Of a stretch of 64,000 nt of DNA, positions 1 through 11,832 are shown in pieces (the first letter of the stretch is position 1; each line of letters starts with the position of its first letter). Source of the stretch: an uncultured Candidatus Rokubacteria bacterium (GTDB lineage: Bacteria > Methylomirabilota > Methylomirabilia > Rokubacteriales > DASRDR01); the NCBI GenBank assembly GCA_963708025.1, contig CAVPSB010000025.1, positions 224,001 through 288,000 on the forward strand, read 5' to 3'. A program made the position numbers and the translations under genes. The notes beneath the pieces were generated by a model. That model saw nothing but the letters and a program-made list of their open reading frames with translations. It did no database searches and was not told the origin of the DNA.

Positions 1-455
1 GGTATGCCACGGATCGAGCCGGTGCCCACCGCGCCTGCCCCGCCGACCTGGAACACCGACTTGGGCCGGACGGCTCCGTCGCGAACGCGGTCATCCGTCA
101 GCCGGTATCGCTGCCCGATGGGCACCTGACACGTCCTGCCCTTGCGCCCCCAGAACGGCGGATCGCACCGTGTCAGCCACTGCTCGCCCTCGCGTGCCGT
201 GACCTCCCACATCGCCTCCACACTGGGGCAGCGCATCTGACGCACGAACCACGCCGGGAACGAGAAGGCGAAGTCGAGTCCGACCACGAGGTCCGGGCCG
301 CAGCGGCGGAGCTCGACGAGCTCCCGGATCACTTCCTCGCGACGGCGGCCGGCCTCCAGTCGAACGAGCCGGCCCGCGAAGGCCTCGGCCAGCCAGATCT
401 TTCGGCGCTCCCCCTGGAGCGCGCCGGACCAGTTGACCGCGACGGTGCGGATCAT
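1..455 (-). CDS. DUF429-like predicted nuclease (RNase H-like fold), runs off the window edge
   Basis: Hand translation from ATG 455 is open to the edge: MIRTVAVNWSGALQGERRKIWLAE...VVGLDFAFSFPAWF...PPFWG...PKSVFQVGGAGAVGTGSIRGI. Absent from the ORF track because there is no stop in the window. Confidence 0.7.
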   Translation of the reverse strand, partial: MIRTVAVNWSGALQGERRKIWLAEAFAGRLVRLEAGRRREEVIRELVELRRCGPDLVVGLDFAFSFPAWFVRQMRCPSVEAMWEVTAREGEQWLTRCDPPFWGRKGRTCQVPIGQRYRLTDDRVRDGAVRPKSVFQVGGAGAVGTGSIRGI

Positions 456-508
456 GTCCCCCGATTATTCCTCGGACTCCGGTCTGCCGTGAAGACCGAA
501 GCTCGGTC

Positions 509-3500
509 GTGACCTCCGTGGACCCCTTCGTCGCCCAGCTCCACGACCTCTGCCGGGCCGAGCCGACGCGGGCGAAGTGGGTCTTCGTGCCCGGCCACGA
601 CCTCGGCCACACCCTGGGCGAGCGGCTCGCCCTCGAGGGGACGAGCTGGGCGAACCTCCGCTTCACGCCGCCGCTCGAGCTGGCCCTCTGGATGGCCGCG
701 CCCTTCCTCGTCGAGGCCGGCGTCGAGCCCGCCACCGACGGGCTGGGGCCTGCCCTGGTCACCCGGCTCCTCCTCGACCTCCCGCGCGCGACCCCGGCGT
801 ATTTCCGGCCGCTGGCCGAGCAGCCGAGGATGGCCGAGGTGCTCTGGGCCGCGATCCGCGAGCTGCGGATGGCCGGGCTCACCGTGGCCGACCTCGAGCC
901 CGAGGCCTTCGCGAGTCCCGCCAAGCGCGCCGAGCTGCGCGCCCTCCTCGCCGCCTACGAGGGCCAGCTCGCCACCGCGCGCCTCGCCGACGCCGCCGGC
1001 GTCTACCAGGAGGCCCTCCGCCGTCTCGACGTCTGCCCCGTGCGCGCCGACGACGTGACCCTCGAGCTGCCCGGCCAGGTCTGGGCGCCGCTCGAGCGCC
1101 GCTTCCTCGACGCCCTGCCCGGGCGGCGCTTCCGCCCGCGCGCGGTCGAGCCGCCCGGGCTGGAGCGTCCCCGCCGCCTGGCCGACCTGGCCGCGCCGCG
1201 CGGAGGCCATCGCCCCGGTCGCGCGACAGGACAGCCGAGCGCCTCGCCTTCCTCGCGAGGCCCGAGGCGGCACCGCCGCCCCACGCCGACGGCACGCTGA
1301 CCATCTTCCGCGCCGGCGGCCGCGAGGCCGAGGTCGAGGAGGTCTTCCGCCGCATCCTCGCCGCCGGCGTCGCCCTCGACCGCGTCGAGATCGTCTGCGT
1401 GACGGCGGCCGACGCGGCCCTCGTCTGGGAGAAGGCGCAGCGCCACGACTGGCCGGCCACGATCGAGCCCGGCGTCCCCATCGCGCTGACCCGGCCCGCC
1501 CGCGCGCTCCTCGGCTTCTGCGCCTGGATCGAGGGCGGCTTCGCCGCCGCCGACCTCCGGCGTCTCCTCCAGTCCGGCGACGTGCGGCTCGGCTCGCCGA
1601 CGGGCCGACGCCGGGGCAGGCGGCGCGCCTCCTCGCCCGGTCGCAGGCGGCGTGGGGCCGCCAGACCTACGGGCCGGCGCTGGCCCGCCTGGCCGAGGCC
1701 CACCGGGCGCGCGCCAAGGACCCCGAGGCCGACGACGCGACCCGGGCCTACCACGCGGAGCGGGCCGAGCAGGCGGACCGCGTCGCGGAGCGGGTGGGCA
1801 CGCTCCTCGGCCTGGTGCCGGAGGGCGAGGGCGGCCTCCTCGCGATGGACGTCGCTCCTGCGCGGCTGCCAGACCTTCGTGGCCGGCTTCGCGGCGACCG
1901 CCAGCGAGCTGGACGGCGCCGCCACGGTCGTCCTCGACGAGGCGCTGGAGGAGCTGGCCGCCCTCGGCGCCCTCCGCCGCCCGCTCGGCGACGGCCTCCG
2001 CACGGTGCGGGACCGCGTCGCCGCGCTGACCGTCGGCGGCGACCGGGCGCGGCCCGGCCACCTCCACGTCGACGCTGCTCGCGCGCGCCGGCTGGGCCGG
2101 CCGGCCCCGCACCTTCGTCCTCGGGCTGGAGGAGGGCCGCGTGCTGCCCGTCGCTCGTCGAGGACCCGGTCCTCCTCGACGGCGAGCGGGCCGCCCTGAG
2201 CCCGGGCCTCGCGACCTCGCGCGACCGCGTCGGCGAGGCGCAGCACCAGGCGCTCGCGCCGCCTGGCGGTGCTCGGCGGCCACGTGACCCTGAGCTACTC
2301 GTGCCGCGACCTCCGCGAGAGCCGCGAGACCTTCCCGTCGTGGCTCGTGCTCCAGGCGTACCGGCTGGAGCAGCCGGGCCGCGCGACGAGCTACCGCGAC
2401 CTGGACGAGCGGCTCGGCGAGCCGGTCTCGGCGGTGCCGGCCGCCCCGGGGCAGGCGCTCGGCGACGCCGGCTGGTGGCTGGCGAGCCGTGCGCGGCGCG
2501 TGGGGCCGGCGCCAGGCCGCCGTCCACGCGGCGTTCCCCGCGCTCGCGCGGGGCGCGGCGGCGGAGGCCGCCCGCGACGAGCGACGCCTTCACCGAGTGG
2601 GACGGCTGCGTGCCCGAGGCGGGCCCCGTCCTCGACCCGGGCGCCGAGGGCCAGGTCGTCTCGGCCACCGCGCTCGAGCGGCTGGCCGGCTGTCCCTTCC
2701 GCCACTTCCTGGAGCGCGGGCTCGGCGTGCGGCCGGTCGGAGGACGCCGAGCCGAGCCTCGACGCCTGGCTCGACCCGCTGACGCGCGGCCCGGTCCTCC
2801 ACGGGCTCTACGCCCGCTTCCTGCGCGAGCTGCGGGACGCCGGCGAGCGGCGCGGATCCGCGGCGCCACGGCGCGCGGCTCCGCCAGCTCGGCGAGGAAG
2901 CCTCGCGGAGCTCCAGCGCTCGATGCCGCCACCGTCCCAGCACGTCTTCGACGGCGAGACCCGCGGAGTTCCTCCGCGATCTCGACGCTGTTCCTCGATC
3001 GAGGAAGCCGAGGCGACCGGGCGGACGCCCGTCGGCTTCGAGGTGGCCTTCGGCAGCGGAGGCGGCCGAGGGCGAGCCGCTCGCGCGCGCCGAGCCCGTG
3101 CGCCTCGACCTCGGCCCCGGCCTCCGCTTCCGGCTCCGCGGCCGGATCGACCGGATCGACCGGCTCGCCGACGGCCGCTACGAGGTGGTGGACTACAAGA
3201 CCGGCGGCTACTGGCCGCCGGACTGGGCGGGGACCTTCGCGCGGCGGCCAGCGTGCTCCAGCACGCGCTCTACGCGCTCGCGGCGCGCGAGCTGCTGCGC
3301 GCCCGCGAGCCGGGCGCCGAGCGTGAGCGGCGGCGGCTACTACTTCCCGACCGTGCGGGGCGGCGGCGAGCGTGTCGTCCGGCCCGTCGGCCGGGACGGC
3401 GCCGCTGGCCGCCGTGCTGCGCGACCTCTTCGAGCTGGTCCGGACCGGCGCCTTCGTCCACACGGCCGACGCGCGGACGACTGCCGCTTCTGCGAGCGTC

Positions 3501-3598
3501 GGCCGCGCCTGCGGGCCCGACCCGGCGGCCCGCGCCGAGCGGAAGCTCGCGCGCCCCGCGCGCTCGCGGCGTACCGCCGCCTGGTCGCCCATGCCTGA
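509..3598 (+). CDS. addB: AddB-like ATP-dependent helicase/nuclease subunit B (PD-(D/E)XK nuclease), multiply frameshifted
   Basis: Motifs across frames: LERLAGCPFRHFL, RGRIDRIDRLADGRYEVVDYKTG, LQHALYALA, C-terminal CRFC..AC (Fe-S staple Cys). Stop overlaps the next ATG (ATGCCTGA). Confidence 0.8.
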
Positions 3599-6500
3599 GC
3601 CGCGCGCGCTCCCCGACCAGGCCGCCCGCGAGCTGATCGAGCGCGAGCTCGACGTGAACCTCCTGGTCGAGGCCGGCGCCGGCTCCGGCAAGACCGAGCA
3701 CCTCGCCCGGCGCATGGCGGCCGGCATCGCGGCGGGCGCCTACGAGGTCGAGGACATGGCCGCCGTCACCTTCACGCGCAAGGCGGCGGCCGAGCTGCGC
3801 GCCGCGGTTCCAGCTCGACCTCGAGCGGCGCCTCGCGCGAGCGAGCCCGAGCCGGCCGCCCGGGAGCGGCTCGAAGCCGCGCTCTGCCCGCCTCGAGCGC
3901 CTGTTCGCCGGCACGATCCACGCCTTCTGCGCGCACCTCCTGCGCGAGCGGCCGGTCGAGGCCGGCGTCGCCCCCGGCTTCACGGAGCTGGACGACGTGG
4001 AGGACGACTGCTCCGGCGGCGCGCGGCCTGGCGCGACGTACTGCGAGCGCGAGCGCGCCCGCGGGTCGGCGCGCTTCGCGGCGCTCGCGGAGGCCGGCCT
4101 CGCGCCGAAGGACCTCGACGGCGCCTTCGAGCACGGTCTGCCGCTTCCCCGAGGTCGCGTTCCCGCCGGGCGCGCGCGCGCATGCCGGCCCTCGGCCCGC
4201 GCGCCGGCGCGGCCTCGAGCGCTTCTGGCGCGCGCTCCGAGCCGCTCCTGCCCGACGCCGATCCCCGCCGGCAGCCACCTGCACGCATCCAGGAGCGCGC
4301 CCGCGAGCTGCGCGCGCCGGCTGCGCGTCGCCGACTCTCGAGCGGCCGGCCGAGCTGGCGGACGCTCCTCGCCCGCTGGGCATCGCCGAGCCTCGGCCGA
4401 TCCTCGAAGTGGTGGGGCGCGACGACCGAGCGACGGCGGCCTGACGCGCGTCGAGGCGCTCGTCGGCCGAGTTCTGCCGGGAGACGGCGGCGCCGTTCGT
4501 CGCCGCCTGGCGGCAGTACTGCTACCGGCTGGCCGTCGGCTTCCTGGCGACGCGCGGCCGCGAGGCCGCCGAGGCGCGCGCCGCCGGGCCGTCGCCCTCA
4601 ACTACGAGGACCTCCTCCAGATCGCCGCGCGGCTCCTCCGCGAGCGGGCCGACGTGCGCGCGGCGCTCCAGGCGAAGTACCGCTGGCTCTTCGTGGACGA
4701 GTTCCAGGACACCGACCCGATCCAGGCCGAGGTGATCTGCCTGCTCGCGCGCCGCGCCGGACCGGCGGCGCCGGCTCGACTGGACGCGCGTCGCCGCTCC
4801 GGCCCGGCGCCCTCTTCGTCGTCGGCGACCCGAAGCAGTCGATCTACCGCTTCCGCCGCGCCGACATCGAGACCTACGACCGCGTGCGGGCGCGCATCGA
4901 GGCGACGGGCGGCGCGGATCGTCGCCGCTGACGACCTCGTTCCGATCGCGTGCCCGGTCCTCTGCGAGTGGGCCAACACCGTGTTCCCGCGCTTCTTCCC
5001 GCGGCGCGCGACGCCGCAGCAGCCGGCGTTCGACCGCCTCGACCCGGTGCGCGAGCCCGGCGACCTCGCGGCGCACGGGCGTGCGCCAGCTCGTCGTCCC
5101 CGGCGTCGGTCCGAGCGCGCGGAGGTCGCCGGCGCGCGACGCCGACGCGATCGCCCGGTTCATCCGCGCCGAGGTCGACGCCGGGCGGCGGCGCTGGGGC
5201 GACTTCCTCGTCCTGACCATGCGCAAGGCGGCGCTCGCCCCGTACGCGAGCGCCCTCGACGCGCTCGAGATCCCGGTCGAGGTGAGCGGCGCCGCCGGCT
5301 TCGCGGAGTCCGGCGGCGGTCGGGGTGCTCGCCGCGCCTCCTCGGCGCGCTCAGCGATCCCGGCCGACGGCCCGGCGCTCGTCGGCGTGCTCCGCGGCCC
5401 GCTCTTCGGGCTGAGCGACGCGCGAGCTCTTCCGCCACGTCCGGCGCCGGCTGGCCGCTCCGCCGTGACCGTCGCCGCTGCCCGAGGACGCGAGCGGGCC
5501 CCGTCGCCGACGCCCTCCGCCGCTCCGCGAGATGTACCGCTGGACGCGCCGCCTGCCCGGCGCCGGCCGCCGTCGAGCGGATCCTCGAGGCGACCGGCTG
5601 GCTCGCCGCCGGCGCCGCGGCCGGCGAGCCCGGCCGGCGCCGAGGCCGGGCACCTGCTCCACGCCGTCGACCGCGTGCGGCGGATCGCGGAGGCCGGCGG
5701 CACCCTCGCCGACGCCGCGAGGCGCTCGAGGAGGACCTCGAGTCAGCGAGGTCGAGTCCGTGCCGCTCGAGTCCGGCCGCCGCGACGTCGTCCGCCTGAT
5801 GAACCTCCACAAGGCCAAGGGCCTCGAAGGCCGCGTCGTCTTCCTCGCCGATCCCCTCGCGGCGCTGCTCCGACCGGGTGGACGTCCGGATCGTCCGCGA
5901 CGACGACGGGCGCCCGCGGCTACTTCCGGTCGTGGGACCCGCGGGTCGTGGGCTCGCGCCGAGTGCTCGCCGAGCCGCCCGACTGGGCCGAGCACGACGC
6001 CGACCGAGCTCGAGCTATCTCCAGGCCGAGCGCCACCGGCTCCTCTACGTCGCGGCGACCCGCGCCCGCGATCTCCTGGTGGTCAGCCGCTGGGCCGGCG
6101 ACGACGAGGGTCGCGCCCGTGGGAGGCCGTTCAAGCTCGCCCTCGACGACGCGCCGGTCCTGCAGATTCCCGCGACGTCGAGCTCCCGGCCGCCTCCCGC
6201 TGCCCGCATCGCGCTCGACGCCCGCGCGACCGCGCGACGGCCGACGCGCGAGGCCCGGCTCGCCGCGCTCCGCGCGCCGTCCTGGCGCGTCGAGTCCGTC
6301 ACCGCCACGGCCCACCGCGCCGCGCCCGCCGGCGAGCCCCTCCAGGCCGGCCGGACGCGCGAGCCCGACACCGGCATGGCCTGGGGCCGCCTGGTCCACG
6401 CCCTGCTCGAGCACGCCGGCCGCGGCCCCCGCCGCGACCGCGCCCACCTCGAGCGCGTCGCCCGCTGGCTGACGGTGGACGACGCCGAGCTCCGCCGCGT

Positions 6501-6850
6501 CGTCCCCGACGCCCTCGACACGGTCGAGCGCGTCATGGCCTCCGACCTCTGGCAGCGCGCCCTCGCGGCCGAGGAGCTGCGACGCCGAGGTCCCGTTCGC
6601 CGTCCGGCTCGACTGGCGACGACGGCCCGCCGCGATCCTCCACGGCGTCATCGACCTCGCCTTCCGCGACCCCGCCGGCTGGTAGCTCGTCGACTACAAG
6701 ACCGACCAGGCCGACCTCGCCACCCTCACCACCCAGTACGCCGACCAGATCCGCCAGTACGCGACCCACTGGTCCACCCTCACCGGTCAGCCCGTCACGT
6801 ACGCTGGCCTCTATGCTCTCCGCGCAGACGAGCTGTCACGGGACCTGTAG
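3591..6850 (+). CDS. addA: AddA-like UvrD helicase with C-terminal nuclease, multiply frameshifted
   Basis: [90 protein letters not shown]. In-frame TAG at 6683. Confidence 0.85.
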
Positions 6851-6974
6851 GGTATCCAGGCCCGGGCTGGCTGCGGGAACAATACGATGCCGGGCATGAC
6901 CCGCTTCACGTCCCCTCTGGCATGCGATGCTCTGTTCGACGGCTGGGTGGAACTGTTGGATCGCCTGGCGTGGA

Positions 6975-8585
6975 TCAGGCGACGCCGAGAGCCGTTGCCA
7001 CGGTTGGCCGGTCGAGGTCGACGAACTCCTTGACGCGCAGCCAGAGCCTTGCCTCATCGGGCAACCGGAGGTAGATCCCGCGACCGACGTTAAGCGTCCG
7101 ATCTTTGTGTTGCTCCCAGCCGCTATGCGCGGCGAGCTCGCGTAGCTGAGCTGCCTCGGAGGCTGCGGATGAGAACCGCGCCGACCACCGGACGACGTGC
7201 GTGCCCGCCGCTAGCGAACTGCCCTTGTAGCCATTGCAGGTATTGTCTGCGATAACGAGATTGTCAATCCCGCTGTCGGGGTAGCGGGCCCAGGGGATGA
7301 AATGGTTGACTTGGCCCTTCGCCGGATCGACGACCGACCCCTGGCAATAGAAGCACCGCTTACCCTGGATCTCCCACAGCCCACCACGTATCTTGACGGT
7401 CGCCACCCGATCTGTACCGAACAGAAAATCCTCAAGTTCGGAGTCCGGCAGTTTGTTCCACTGGGCAACGAGCCTTGCCCACCGGCGATGGATCAAGGGC
7501 CGCAGCAACCCGTTGAGCTGGAGGAAGTACTCGCCGACGCGTGGCTTAAGGAAGATCCGGTTGTCAAAATCGCTCGGGTCCTTGCTGGCCTTATAGTAGT
7601 CAACTTCCTTCTTGAGAATCCTCTGCCCCCACCGGATATCGTAGATAAACTCATACGGCATGGTGCCCATGGTTTGTAGCCGTGGCAGCGGCATCTCGAT
7701 AAGCTTCCACTCCACAAACTGAACCAGCCGCTCGAACGGCTTTGGGGCGGCAATGCGGGCCTGCCATCGAGTGGCCGAAGGGTCCGGGGCGTGTCGCGAT
7801 CTGAATCGCGTGATCGCCGAAACGATCTCGGCCTGGCCGCGACGGCCGCCGAACAGCGGTGCTGGAACCACCGCCTCCTGAACCTGCTCGACAAGTTGCC
7901 GCGGCGACTCCAGGCCGAGGCGAAGAGCTGCTCACGAAGATTCCCTATGCCGAGACCCGCGAGGCGGCGGAGCGGCAGAAGCGGGCCTTCCAGACGTGGG
8001 CGACGAAGCGCGGCGTGGCGGCCGTCGGCCACGCGCTGGATCAGGACTGGGCGCGCTTGGTGACGTTCTACCAGTTCCCGAAGGCGCACTGGAAGCACCT
8101 GCGGACGACGAACCCGATCGAGTCGCCGTTCGCCGCCGTCCGGCTGCGGACGACCGCGGCCAAGCGATTCAAGCGCGTCGAGAACGCGACGGCGGTCATC
8201 TGGAAGACCCTGCTATCGCCGAGCAGACCTTCCGGCGCCTCGATGCGCCGAGCTGCTCGCGGAGTTGCGGAAGGCGTGACGTACGTCAACGTGCGCGTAA
8301 GCCGACCACCTACCCCGTATTCTGCCGAAGAATCCTGCGGCTTACATCTTGTGCAAATGGCACGGTGTGAGGCCAGTAGATCTCGACCGTCTTCTCTGCG
8401 AGCTGGCGTGTCGTCAAGACCGCGGGTGGGTCGCCAGACGCTTCGGTGTGCTCAAGACAAAGATCCATTAGAGCCAGAAGGACCGCGTACTTGTATGTTG
8501 CGGTGTAGCGACCCTCCTCTAGGAGTTCAAGGACCCGTTCGGCGAAGCTGATGGGGCCCCGTTCGTCGGGCTCGCGTCCCTCCAT
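6975..8585 (-). pseudogene. HNH endonuclease, split by an IS256 transposase fragment
   Basis: N-half 8585-8310 (SFAERVLELLEEGRYTATYKYAVLLAL...LRQNTG). C-half 7838-6975 (GQAEIVSAI...CFYC...VNHFIPWARYPDSGIDNLVIADNTCNGYK). Confidence 0.8.
7834..8300 (+). mobile_element. IS256-family transposase C-terminal fragment, no terminal repeats seen
   Basis: EQRCWNHRLLNLLDKLP...FYQFPKAHWKHLRTTNPIESPFAAVRLRT: IS256/Mutator CxxH and RTTN.IES motifs. Confidence 0.85.
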
Positions 8586-8692
8586 CTCCGCGCGGCCGGT
8601 ACCTTGCCTGGCTCGGCGATCAACAAACGGATGCTGCTTGGGGGAGGAGCCTGAGCCTCCCATCCGACGTGCGTTCGATCGGGCCGCCACAC

Positions 8693-9308
8693 CTATCCTT
8701 TGAATACGGTGTCCGCGTGCCACTCGAGAAAGTCGCGGTTCGGACGGTCCTCGGCATGTGGCGGCACCCAGATCAAGCCTTGGCTGAGCCGGTAGTACTG
8801 CTCTCCATTGTCGAAGTCGTTTCTTAGCCGGCGGCTGACGAGGAATCTATGCTCCGGGGTCACCGTGACGTAGCCGCGGTCGAACAGTGTGTGGACGTCG
8901 GATCGGAGCAGCAACCCGTTGTCGATGCGATGTCCCCCGCCGTATGTCACTGGCGGATATGTGCCGCCTCGAGCACAGGAAGCGCCCTCTCACCGGTGAC
9001 GGCACACCGGCGCTGGTAGGTGTCGGCTACAAGCACCCGGAAGATTCCCTGGCCGAGTCGCTGAGCCACGAGGCTCTCGCGGAAGCTCACGGCTACCAAC
9101 GGCTCAAGCTCGCTGGCGAGCCTGCCGCTTGCACGTAGGCAAGCCAGGACGTCCTCCCAGAGACGTTGCCCGACGGGAGTCCGGAGGTCGTAGGTCTTTC
9201 CCTGTTGCGTCGGTTTCCGGAAGTCGGGCGGGACAGGAATCCAGTCTTGTCGCGCGAGGAAGAACGGCTCTTGCAGGAGGACGCAGCCGATCGTGTACTC
9301 GGCCCGTG
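8693..9308 (-). pseudogene. Putative HNH restriction endonuclease (HNH_2 type), 5'-truncated
   Basis: YTIGCVLLQEPFFL..DWIPVP...RLGQGIFRVLVADTYQRRCAVTGERALPVLEAAHIR..HRIDNGLLLRSDVHTLFDRG. Frameshift near 8950; no N-terminus upstream of about 9308. Confidence 0.8.
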
Positions 9309-9809
9309 AGTCTGTTTCAGGAATGTTACCTGAACACTCCTCTTGGATCGACAGGAATGGGTTGCGGATAGGTCGGTTCAGGAGAGGGCCGCGTTGGACG
9401 CCAAGTCACCCGACAGGAGCGGACGGTCTGCGAGCTCCGGAGGCAGGCGGCTGACTCCCTACCTACTACTGACACGGCTCAGGGGCGCGCGGCCTGGTTT
9501 TCGGCGTCCGCACGTGCTCCTGGAAGCCCGGCTGGGTGGCCGGCGAGGCCGGCGCCGCGCTAGCGGGCACGGGCTGGCGGGCGCCTCGCCGCCCGCACTT
9601 TCTACTTGACAGCCTCGCCGGCATGGAACGGCCGTCTGTCGGCGACGCCCGGCGGATGCCGGCCCAGCGGCCCGCCGGGGGCTGGCGACGCGCGTCCGGG
9701 CGGGAGCGGACCGAAAATCATCCCTCGTCCCGGAATCGCCCGTCCTGGACGCTCCCAGGTGGCCCCGAAAACCGGGTGTAGAGTCGCCCCAGCAGAAGGG
9801 GGGCTCGCC

Positions 9810-11202
9810 ATGGAGATCCACTCGCCGGACGATCGCCGCCACGCCGGAGCCCGTCGCGCGAACTGGACCGGCTCGGCGACGAGATCGCCGAGCTGTCGGC
9901 GCACCTGGAGGCCGCCACCGCCCGCCTCCTCGACCTGATCCGGGCCTTCGACGCCCGGGGAGGCTGGAACACCGGCTTTCGCTCCTGCGCCGAGTGGCTC
10001 AGCTGGCGGGTGGGGCTCGATCTGGGGGCGGCCCGGGAGAAGGTCCGGGTGGCGCGCGCCCTGGGAACGCTGCCCGCGCTGTCCCAGGCGCTCGCCCGCG
10101 GCGAGCTCTCGTACGCCAAGGTCCGGGCGCTGACCCGGGTGGCCACGCCGGCGACCGAGGCACGGCTGCTGGCGGTGGGGCGGGCCGGGACGGCCGCCCA
10201 CGTCGAGCGGATCGTGCGGGGCTGGCGGCGGGTGGACCGGCAGGCCGAGGCCCGGGAGGCCGCGCGGCAGCACGCCAGCCGGTCGCTCCAGGTGTATCCG
10301 GACGAGGACGGCACGGTGGTGCTCCGGGGGCGGCTGGCGCCGGAGGTGGGGGCCCTGCTCCTGCGGGCGCTGGAGGCGGCGCGCGAGACGCTGTATCAGC
10401 GGGCTCGCGGCAAGGAGGCGGTCCCCGACCCGGCTGACCCGTCCATGGAGGCCCCGACCATGGCCCAGCAGCAGGCGGACGCGCTGGCCCTGCTCGCGGA
10501 GACGGCCCTCCACCACGGGCTCGATCCCGGCGCGCCGGGAGAGCGGTACCAGGTGGTGGTCCACGTCGACGCTCCTGTGCTTGGCGGATCCGGATCAGCC
10601 CGGCCAGTCGGTGCTCGAGGACGGGGCGCACGTTTCCGCGGAAACGTCGCGGCGCCTGGCGTGCGACGCGAGCCGCGTGGTGATGCGGCACGACCCGGAC
10701 GGGCGCCTCCTGGAGGTCGGGGCCCGGACCCGGACGATCCCCCCGGCGTTGCGGCGAGCGCTCCACCACCGGGACCGGGGCTGCCGCTTCCCGGGCTGCG
10801 GGCTCCGGTTCGGCCAGGGGCATCACGTCCGCCACTGGGCGCAGGGCGGCCCGACCTCGCTCTCGAACCTTCTATTGCTCTGTCGCCGTCACCACCGTGC
10901 GGTCCACGAGGAGGGCTATCACGTGGAGCGACAGCCCGATGGTGCGCTCCGGTTCCGGCGGCCGGACGGCCGGCCCCTGCCCGAGGTCCCGCCTCCGGCC
11001 GCGGTGCCCGCCGATCCGGTCGACGGCCCTCCGCGCCCACCACCACGCGCAGGGGCTCCGCCTCCACGCGCGGACGGCGTGCCCGAGCTGGCTGGGGGAG
11101 CGCCTGGACCTGGTCTGGGCGATCGACGTCTTGCATCCCTTGGCCACGGGAGAGCTGGGATCAGGACCGTCGCCCGGGGCTCGGCCATCGTGGGCCTCGT
11201 AG
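9810..11202 (+). CDS. DUF222 + HNH endonuclease (REP13E12-like mobile gene), frameshifted
   Basis: SD GAAGGGGGG before ATG 9810. LGDEIAELSAHL..GFRSCAEWLSWRVG..GELSYAKVRALTR; RRALHHRDRGCRFPGC..HHVRHWAQGGPTSLSNLLLLCRRHHRAVH. Confidence 0.85.
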
Positions 11203-11296
11203 AGCGATGACCCGCAAGGCGAAGCCACCGACCGGCACGACCGGCCAGGCCCTGCGCCACGAGGAGGCGGCCAAAGGCGGAGCGAGGAGTCCAGCC

Positions 11297-11614
11297 ATGG
11301 CGGCGCGCGCCTTCGACCGGATCACGATCGAGCCCGGGAAGATGAACGGCCAGCCGTGCATCCGCGGACTGCGTCTCACGGTCCGCGGCGTCCTCGTGGC
11401 GATCGGCCAGTACGCGTCGCGTGACGAGCCGCGCGCCGACTATCCCGAGCTGGAGGACGAGGACATCCGCCAGGCCACCGCCTACGCGGCCGCGATTCTC
11501 GGCGGTGAGAGCGTCGAGATCGAGACGCCATCCGGCCGAAGCGCCGGCCGTCGCGCGACCTCGTCAGGCCGCGCGCGGCGAGGAGCCGGCGCGAGCGCCC
11601 GGCGGTCGCGGTGA
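11297..11614 (+). CDS. DUF433 domain protein (antitoxin-like)
   Basis: SD GAGGAG. DRITIEPGKMNGQPCIRGLRLTV...ADYPELEDEDIRQATAYAA. Confidence 0.8.
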   Translation: MAARAFDRITIEPGKMNGQPCIRGLRLTVRGVLVAIGQYASRDEPRADYPELEDEDIRQATAYAAAILGGESVEIETPSGRSAGRRATSSGRARRGAGASARRSR

Positions 11615-11687
11615 ACGCGATGCCCGCCGCGACATGTTCGTCATCCGATAGGACTGAGCCGTCCCCAGGGAAAGGGCGCCGCCCGGG

Positions 11688-11832
11688 TCAGGCCGGCGGG
11701 CCGGGCGCCGCGGGCGGGTGGGCTGCGCGCTCGGCGCGGAGCGCGGTGGTGGCGATGGCCGGGCCCTCCAGGCGGTCGCCGGGGCGGAGCGCGTAGCGGT
11801 CGTAGACCGGGGTGTCGTGCCAGCCGCCGGCA
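11688..11832 (-). repeat. Scrambled relic copy of the oxoprolinase gene (3' end fused to an internal segment)
   Basis: 11688-11753 matches 15399-15465; 11753-11832 matches 17298-17377 almost exactly. Confidence 0.9.

Noticed and set aside
6683-6685. In-frame TAG in the addA nuclease domain as stop-codon recoding
   Set aside because: Single instance in the most error-rich region; TAG is a normal stop in many other genes here.
509-6850. Numerous frameshifts in addAB and other genes as pseudogenisation or programmed frameshifting
   Set aside because: Indels are scattered, often in G/C runs, all catalytic motifs are preserved, and density varies by region. This fits long-read consensus error, though it cannot be settled without reads.
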